DNA from: a virus
Taxonomy: Duplodnaviria; Caudoviricetes
Length of the DNA: 38,615 bases
Direction: 5' to 3' (one strand)
Virus record (IMG/VR): IMGVR_UViG_3300044708_000091
Coordinates: 1-38,615 of that record
The position numbers were made by a program, and so were the translations under genes. The stretch's first letter is position 1, and each line of letters opens with the position of its first letter. This document shows positions 32,593-38,615 of this stretch, piece after piece. The notes beneath the pieces are model-generated. The model was given only the letters and a program-made list of their open reading frames with translations. It had not been told where the DNA came from and made no database searches.

Positions 32593-35438
32593 TGGAGACT
32601 CGTCGGGCCTTTGGAGAAGCCGGCCGTGGCTGAGGCGGGCGCCGTCGCGCCGGACGCGGCGCTCTTTTTACCTGCGGCCGGCTGATTCCAGACCTGCTGC
32701 ATGGTTTTCGTCATGTCGGCTGAGAAGGCGGGCCCGCTCGCTCCGGGCAGATCGAACAGCACGTCGAGCTGGCGCAGCGTCTCGAAAGGCATCGTGGCGC
32801 GGTCGACTTGCTTAAGGATGTCAGTGCGGAGCGAGTCGTAGATGTCCGGATGCACTTCGCGCAGCGCTTTGATCTGCGTGGGCGTGGCGCTCCCTGTGCC
32901 GACATCATAGATGACGTCTCCCGGATTCATGGCGCCGGACCAGGTTTGGGCGAACTGAGCCAGCGCGATCGTGTCGGGCGTGATCCCGTCCGGATTCACC
33001 GCGCTGATGCCCACGCTCGGCGGCGCGTTAGCCAGCGTGTAGTGCGCGGCCGCGGCAGTCCGCTGCACGAGCTCGAAGTAGAGATCTTCATGCTCGTCCG
33101 CGACGGCCCCGTAGGCGTGGGCGATGCCGTTGACGAGCGCGTGCGGGTCAGAGAGGGCCTGTTGCAGGTCGTCCAGCTTCACGGCGTAGGCCGCGCCGAG
33201 GCTGCTCGAGCCTTCCTTGAACCGCTCGAGCGTGGACGGCAACGGCCGCGGGCGCGTAGCCTTCACGACCAGCCCGCCCGCGGCGCGCTCGCGCAGCGTC
33301 CGGTTGTCGTCGCTGATGTCCGCAAGAGCGTTCGTGATGGCCGGCGCGGCTGCGATTGCGCCAGCCGCGGCCAGGCCGCCCGCGGCCATCGCGCCCACGC
33401 TGGCTGAGCCTGCCTGGCTGCCCCGCGCGCCCCGGTCGGGCGCGGGCGCGGCTGCAGCGGGCGCAGGGCTGCGCCCGGCCGGGCCCGGCGCGGGGATAGC
33501 CCCGCCTTCGGCCGGCGGAGCGTAGGGTCGCTCCGCGGTGCGCCCGAGGCGCTTGCTCACGGCCGCGCGGGCGCCTTCTCGCGTCAGCTCGGTGCGCGCA
33601 GGCTTGATCTTAGGCTCGAATAGGCGCTCGCCAATCGACTTGCCCGTCAGCTTCTTGGCCGCCAGGTCGGCAGTGTGGATCGCGTGCCCCACGCCCGGCA
33701 CGTGCTTGCTCGCGTCAAACAGCGCCTCGGCCGTGCCGTGCGCGACGGGCGCGGCTGCCTTGCGCGCCAGAGCGTCTGCGCCACGTACTTGCGTCTCACG
33801 CAGCCGCGTCAGCTCGTCGGCCATCGATCGAATGTCGTTGACGCTCTGCTGCAGCCGGATCACGGGCGTGTTTGCCATCGTGTTTGCGCCGAGCTCGGCC
33901 TTCGTCAGGGTCATCTTCTCGACCTTGTCGGCCCACGTACGCATGGCGCCGACGGAGCGGTTAAACTCGCGCTCCGTCATGCCGAGCGCGCTCTTCACCA
34001 CGTCGCCTTTCACCTGAAAGACAGGGAATTCCTCGAAGCCCTTCCTGACCTTGCCAACTGGGCTGCGCTCCAGGAAGTCGGCCTGCCACTGACGACCCGT
34101 GTTGATGATCCCGTCGTTACCGCTCCAGAGCTTGTTAGTCTCGCGCTGGTATTCCGACCACGCCTTGCCGTAGATTGAGCCCTTCTCAAGCCGAGCGCGC
34201 ATCTTGTTCGTGCGCTCGCCGACGAACTCCGCAATGTCGGTCGCCACGATATCGCGCGCCGAGCCATACTTGCTGATCAGCTTGTCACCATACTGCTTCG
34301 CGCGGTCACCCGCGCGCGCTACGTACACTGCGTCGCCTCGCTCGAGACTCTCGTTCATGGCCTCGCCGATGCCGTTGGCGTGCTCGCGCGTGCGAATGGC
34401 CGCCTGCTTCTGGCCCTTGCTCTCCAGGTAGGAGGCGATCTCCTCGAGATCTGCCTGCTGCCGCGCGGCTTCTTTCTGCACGCGGCCCCACTTGGCGTCG
34501 CCCATCTTGCCTTCGAGGTCCGCGGCCTTGTTTTTCAGGCTGTGGACTTCGTCAAAAGCAGGCGCGGGCCCGCCTAGCGCGTCTTCAATCGCGTCGCCGC
34601 CCGAGCGCTCCACTTCACGGTGAATGTCATCGAAGTTGTCGACGTAGTGCTTTACGTCAGCCTCACCCATCGGGGCAGCGCCTGTCTCGTCTGCAGCGGC
34701 CGCGCCCACGCTGCGCCGCGCTTTGCTAGTCGCGCGCCCGCGGCTGATCGCGTTCGCGCCTTCGTCAGCGGCCGCCTCGATGCCTTCGGCTGCCGTGCGC
34801 GTGCCGCGCGCTGCGTCTGCAGCGGCCTCGAGCGGCGTGGTCACGGCGCGCGAAGCGCCGCGCGCCAGCCGCGCAGCTGCGCTCAGGCCGAACGCGAGCG
34901 GCAGGCCCTGTATCACGTTGACGGGCTCGATATTGCGATGTTCTTCACGCGCGTTCTGAACTTCGATCGCGCCTGAATTCGCTACCTCCTCGCCCACGAG
35001 CGAGCCGATCGAGGCCGCGCGCGCGCCGAAGCCTGCAGCTTCCATCGCGCCAGCGCCCGCTAGGCCGCCAGCGGCCATGGGCGCCACTGCGCCCGCCACC
35101 TGCGTCAGCGTGTGCAGCGTGGGGCTGGCTGCCTTGAAGTCGTTGATCGCCTGGATGTCCTGCGCGCCGCCAGACAGACCGGCGAGGCCGAACGTGGCAG
35201 TGGAGGCAGCAAGGCGCGCCGCTGACTCGGCCTGCGCGGCCGTGGTCGTGTTTTTCAGGTAAGAGGCGCGCTTCTCGATCTCCTCAGGCGTGGCCGGCAC
35301 GAGGCCCAGCGACTTGATGCGCGTGTCCGGCGTGGACCGCTTCCACATCTGGATCTGGCCCGTCGCAGGGTCGCGATAGGCCGTTAGCGACGGGTCTGCA
35401 GCCGCGTCGATCAGCGAGCTTGACGGCTCGTCAGCCAT
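32589..35438 (-). CDS. Large internal virion / DNA ejection protein
   Basis: 949 aa, helical and Ala-rich with Gly/Ala hydrophobic stretches; third of three large genes after the nozzle. Confidence 0.6.
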   Translation of the reverse strand: MADEPSSSLIDAAADPSLTAYRDPATGQIQMWKRSTPDTRIKSLGLVPATPEEIEKRASYLKNTTTAAQAESAARLAASTATFGLAGLSGGAQDIQAINDFKAASPTLHTLTQVAGAVAPMAAGGLAGAGAMEAAGFGARAASIGSLVGEEVANSGAIEVQNAREEHRNIEPVNVIQGLPLAFGLSAAARLARGASRAVTTPLEAAADAARGTRTAAEGIEAAADEGANAISRGRATSKARRSVGAAAADETGAAPMGEADVKHYVDNFDDIHREVERSGGDAIEDALGGPAPAFDEVHSLKNKAADLEGKMGDAKWGRVQKEAARQQADLEEIASYLESKGQKQAAIRTREHANGIGEAMNESLERGDAVYVARAGDRAKQYGDKLISKYGSARDIVATDIAEFVGERTNKMRARLEKGSIYGKAWSEYQRETNKLWSGNDGIINTGRQWQADFLERSPVGKVRKGFEEFPVFQVKGDVVKSALGMTEREFNRSVGAMRTWADKVEKMTLTKAELGANTMANTPVIRLQQSVNDIRSMADELTRLRETQVRGADALARKAAAPVAHGTAEALFDASKHVPGVGHAIHTADLAAKKLTGKSIGERLFEPKIKPARTELTREGARAAVSKRLGRTAERPYAPPAEGGAIPAPGPAGRSPAPAAAAPAPDRGARGSQAGSASVGAMAAGGLAAAGAIAAAPAITNALADISDDNRTLRERAAGGLVVKATRPRPLPSTLERFKEGSSSLGAAYAVKLDDLQQALSDPHALVNGIAHAYGAVADEHEDLYFELVQRTAAAAHYTLANAPPSVGISAVNPDGITPDTIALAQFAQTWSGAMNPGDVIYDVGTGSATPTQIKALREVHPDIYDSLRTDILKQVDRATMPFETLRQLDVLFDLPGASGPAFSADMTKTMQQVWNQPAAGKKSAASGATAPASATAGFSKGPTSLQ

Positions 35439-36868
35439 CAGTAGGAGCCCTCGGGCCCGCCCTCTTCAAGCTCGGTCGGGTCTGCCTCGCCGCCCGCGAA
35501 GCTCTTGTTTTCCTCGATCTTGTCGCGCGCCAGCTCGTCAAAGTACGTGTACGTGTTAGCCACGTCGCGGATCTTCTCCGGCACGCCCACCTTGCCGAAG
35601 CGCTCTTTCTCCTCGGCGCTCAGGCCAACCATGGTTGAGCCCGTGTGCAGGTGGTTGAGCTGCTCGAGCCGGGCCATCAGGATCGCGGCTTTCTGCTGCC
35701 CTGGCGGCAGCCCGTTGAGGTGTTCCTGCACCCAGTTGGCCCCGTGGGTGGCGACCGTGCCCAGATAGCCGTTAAGATCGCCGCTCTGCTCGGCGCCCTG
35801 CAGCTGAGACTTGATGTTTTGCCACTCGCGCACGAACTGGTTGTTGTTGGCATGCCTGACGGCCAGGCCGCGCGGCAGCTGCGCGCCCTTGACTGGCGCG
35901 ACGGGCGCTGTGTGCTTGCTGATCGTCGAGCTCACCTGCTTGCGCAGCGCTTTCTCTTGCTCGGCGTGCCACTCGGCAGTGCGGGCGGTCGCGGCGTCGT
36001 TGAACGCCTGCACGCCGGCCTGCGCCGACGGGATCTTGCTCAGCGCCGCGCGCGCATTGACCTTCTGCACGGCGTATTGCATCTGCCGCGCCTTGAGCTC
36101 GGCCGCTGCAGACTGTATGTCGCCCTTCTGCTCCCTCAGGAATTGCATCGTCGAGCTGTTGTGGCGTACCTGGTCGTTCACGTTCTCGTCGATCATGCGC
36201 TCGATCGCGCTCATGAACTGGTTGTCGCGGGTCATGCCGCGGCCTTGCATCCACCCGCCGGCCATCACGGCCACGGCCGCCAGGATGCCGCGCGCTGCGC
36301 CCGTCGAGCCCGCGAACAGCTCTGCGCGGTCGGGGCGCCAGTCTGCGCCCGCCTGCAGCTTGTTCTTGACCTCGGCCTCTTGCATGTCGACCACGCTCTG
36401 CTTAGCGGCAAGCTTGCGCTGCTGCTGCGCGGCTTCGTGCAAAAGGCGCGTCTGCTCAGCTTCGTCCGCTTTGACGGCCAGGCGCTGCTGCTCTGTTGCG
36501 CTGCTCGCGGCCTGCGTCTGCGCCGCTTCGGCTGAGGCGTTAGCGCCGCGCTGCGCCTTAGCGTCAGCGTCGCTCATGCCGCTCGTGGTCGTCTGGCTCG
36601 TCGTCTCCGTGGCCATCTGCGGCCCGGACGCGGCGTAGGCAGCCGCGGGATCGGGCGGCCCGCCCTGCGCCGCGGTCGGCGCTGGCGCAGTGGAGGCAAA
36701 CACGTGGGCCGGGTCCGGCGGGCGCGCCTCGGCGCCGATCGGCGGCGCCGGGCCTGCAGCGGGGTCGCTGTAGATGGGCGCCGGGTTGAGCGTGGGCGTT
36801 TCGGCCACGCCCGCGCCGGTGAGGAGCGCGTCGTTCGTCGCGGCCAGCTGCGGGATCTGCTCAGCCAT
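35438..36868 (-). CDS. Internal virion / ejection protein
   Basis: 476 aa, Ala/Gln-rich coiled coil with a hydrophobic segment. Confidence 0.6.
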   Translation of the reverse strand: MAEQIPQLAATNDALLTGAGVAETPTLNPAPIYSDPAAGPAPPIGAEARPPDPAHVFASTAPAPTAAQGGPPDPAAAYAASGPQMATETTSQTTTSGMSDADAKAQRGANASAEAAQTQAASSATEQQRLAVKADEAEQTRLLHEAAQQQRKLAAKQSVVDMQEAEVKNKLQAGADWRPDRAELFAGSTGAARGILAAVAVMAGGWMQGRGMTRDNQFMSAIERMIDENVNDQVRHNSSTMQFLREQKGDIQSAAAELKARQMQYAVQKVNARAALSKIPSAQAGVQAFNDAATARTAEWHAEQEKALRKQVSSTISKHTAPVAPVKGAQLPRGLAVRHANNNQFVREWQNIKSQLQGAEQSGDLNGYLGTVATHGANWVQEHLNGLPPGQQKAAILMARLEQLNHLHTGSTMVGLSAEEKERFGKVGVPEKIRDVANTYTYFDELARDKIEENKSFAGGEADPTELEEGGPEGSY

Positions 36869-38226
36869 TAGAGCGCCGCCGCTCCTAGTTGCGCGGCAGA
36901 GCCGATGATCGGGATCAGGTAGTCCAGCACGCCCTTATCGCCGCCAGCGCTGGCCGCAATCTTGATCTTGGCCGCCACGTCCTGGTCAATGCCATAGACT
37001 TTAACCCACCGGTCGAGCTCAGCCTGCTGCTGGTCGGCGCTCAGCTTGCTCCAGTCGAAGTCTTGCTTGTTCATGTCGGTTGCCATGCGGCCGAGCAGCT
37101 CTTGGCTCTGCTGGTTGAGCTGCAGCTGCTGGCCCGTAAGCTGCGCGATGTTGTCCGTCAGACGCATGCCTGCAGCCTGGTTGCTCTTGGCGATGTCCAC
37201 GTCCTGACCGCGTGCGCCGAGCGCGTTCTGCGTCTGCCCCTGCGCGATCTGGCCGGCGGCCTGCTGCCTCTGCACGTTTTCCGCCACGGCGCTCTGCGCT
37301 GCCTGCGCCTGTAGCTCGGGCGCCTGCGCCTGCGCGTTCTGCAGGGCCATCTGAGCGCCGCCTGCCGTGGGCGCAGAGCGCGCCAGCGCGAGCTGGTTGC
37401 GCAGGACCTGCGAGCCGATGCGCGCAGTCGTGGACGGCCCGTTCATGAGCTGGTCCAATACCTGACGGCTGGCGCCCTGAGCGCTATTGTAGTCGGCCAG
37501 GCCTCGATCGGCCAGCCCCTGCTCGACCGTGGAGGCAGGACCTAGCGCAGCGCCGGCTTGATTGGCGGCCGTTTGAGTGAGCCCGCGATTGACGAGCGGG
37601 TTCATGTCGGTCGCGTTACTGAGCGCGCCTTGCATGTTGTCGCGCCCACGCAGCTGGTCAGCGGCGAGCCCCGCGCGCAGGTCTTTCGTGGCGCCCACGG
37701 TCTGGTCGAGAATGGCGCCGCCGCCCTTGCCAATGTCGCCCGCGCCGCCCATCACGGTGCCGGACGGCGTGCGCGTGCCATCAGATGCGATAGAGCCGTG
37801 TGTTTGCCCGATCGCGTTCTCGAGCCCCGTGTCGCCCACGCCCACCGTACCAGAGTGTGTCACGGCCGAGGGCGCGCCCGGCGCGCCGCCCGTGTTAACG
37901 ACGGTTCTGTTCACGTCGGCGCCCGGCACGAGCTCGTCGTTGCTGCCGAGCTGCGTGGAGTGGATCACGTGCGAGCCCGGGTGATCTGCCATCACGGCCC
38001 ATCCAGTCGCTGTACCGCCGTTACCTGCGCTCGTGCCGTAGGCCGGCAGCTGGTTGCCGTTTTCGTCCAGCCCTTGGTTAGCCAGCCATTGCTTCTTGCG
38101 TTCGCGGTCTGCTGCCATCTGGTCGGGTGTCAGAGCGGGCGCGTTGACGTCGAAGCCGTTGGTAAAGCCGCCCTGCGCCGTGTCGCCGAGGAGGTCAACG
38201 TTGTTACCGTCTTGTGCGTAGTCCAC
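36868..38226 (-). CDS. Internal virion / DNA pilot-like protein (452 aa)
   Basis: GTG start at 38226 (TAGTG overlap with the nozzle stop); Gly/Gln/Ala-rich with a hydrophobic C-terminus. Confidence 0.6.
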   Translation of the reverse strand: MDYAQDGNNVDLLGDTAQGGFTNGFDVNAPALTPDQMAADRERKKQWLANQGLDENGNQLPAYGTSAGNGGTATGWAVMADHPGSHVIHSTQLGSNDELVPGADVNRTVVNTGGAPGAPSAVTHSGTVGVGDTGLENAIGQTHGSIASDGTRTPSGTVMGGAGDIGKGGGAILDQTVGATKDLRAGLAADQLRGRDNMQGALSNATDMNPLVNRGLTQTAANQAGAALGPASTVEQGLADRGLADYNSAQGASRQVLDQLMNGPSTTARIGSQVLRNQLALARSAPTAGGAQMALQNAQAQAPELQAQAAQSAVAENVQRQQAAGQIAQGQTQNALGARGQDVDIAKSNQAAGMRLTDNIAQLTGQQLQLNQQSQELLGRMATDMNKQDFDWSKLSADQQQAELDRWVKVYGIDQDVAAKIKIAASAGGDKGVLDYLIPIIGSAAQLGAAAL

Positions 38227-38615
38227 TAGTTTTTCATCCCTGCGGCGAGGCGCGCAGTGCCCTGAGCGGCCTGAACTTCCAGCGCGAGCGCGTGCACGCG
38301 CAGCGCGCCCGTGTCGGTCGCCTCTGTGATATCGAAGCGCAGCGCGAAGCGGCTCAGGTTCCCCCCGCCGTTGGGCTGCCACTCGAGCGTGATAGTGTCG
38401 CCGCTGGCCAGGGCCGAGCCGCTCACGTTGTTACCGAGCGCCGTGTTTGCGGCCGTGGCCGCGACGGAGCCCAGGCTTGTCCACGTCTTGCCGTCGTCCA
38501 GGCTGAGAAAGGCTTCCACAGTGGAATCACCAACGTACGTACCGAGCAGCTGGATCTTGTAGAGGTCGCCGAAGCCACTCACGCCGAAGGGGCGTAGCGA
38601 GCCTGTGCGAATCGA
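38226..38615 (-). CDS. C-terminal part of the junction-spanning nozzle gene (see 1-2728)
   Basis: In frame with the ORF running off position 1 through the 127-bp overlap. Confidence 0.8.
   Translation of the reverse strand, partial: SIRTGSLRPFGVSGFGDLYKIQLLGTYVGDSTVEAFLSLDDGKTWTSLGSVAATAANTALGNNVSGSALASGDTITLEWQPNGGGNLSRFALRFDITEATDTGALRVHALALEVQAAQGTARLAAGMKN
38489..38615. repeat. Terminal direct repeat, right copy
   Basis: Identical to 1-127. Confidence 0.95.

Overview
This window is most likely the complete, circularly assembled genome (38,488 bp unique) of a high-GC, podovirus-like tailed phage. Bases 1-127 are repeated exactly at 38489-38615, and a ~996-aa tail gene reads through that junction. 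A long minus-strand morphogenesis arm runs from the major capsid protein through small head and lysis genes, head spike base/lectin fibre, adaptor, tail fibre and nozzle, across the junction to three ejection-type proteins, portal, scaffold, a tandem-domain GroES and the small and large terminases. A replication arm is transcribed divergently from ~15.0-15.1 kb. Leftward it holds an AEP primase-SF3 helicase and small early genes. Rightward it holds a pentapeptide-repeat protein, Cas4-like nuclease, SF2 helicase, N6-adenine MTase, family A DNA polymerase, DUF5664/MazG-like/HD nucleotide hydrolases and a metallophosphoesterase. No integrase, tRNA or CRISPR array was recognised. The most striking unexplained signal is the asymmetric motif CTGAAAAACAA: 17 exact copies by manual count, co-oriented with local transcription, read in different frames, clustered at gene boundaries and sitting inside the -35/-10 spacer of several promoter-like sites. 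With a leaderless winged-helix gene and a tetraloop-rich non-coding region beside it, this suggests an operator/stoperator-like regulatory network. All product calls come from recognising motifs by eye; no database searches were run.
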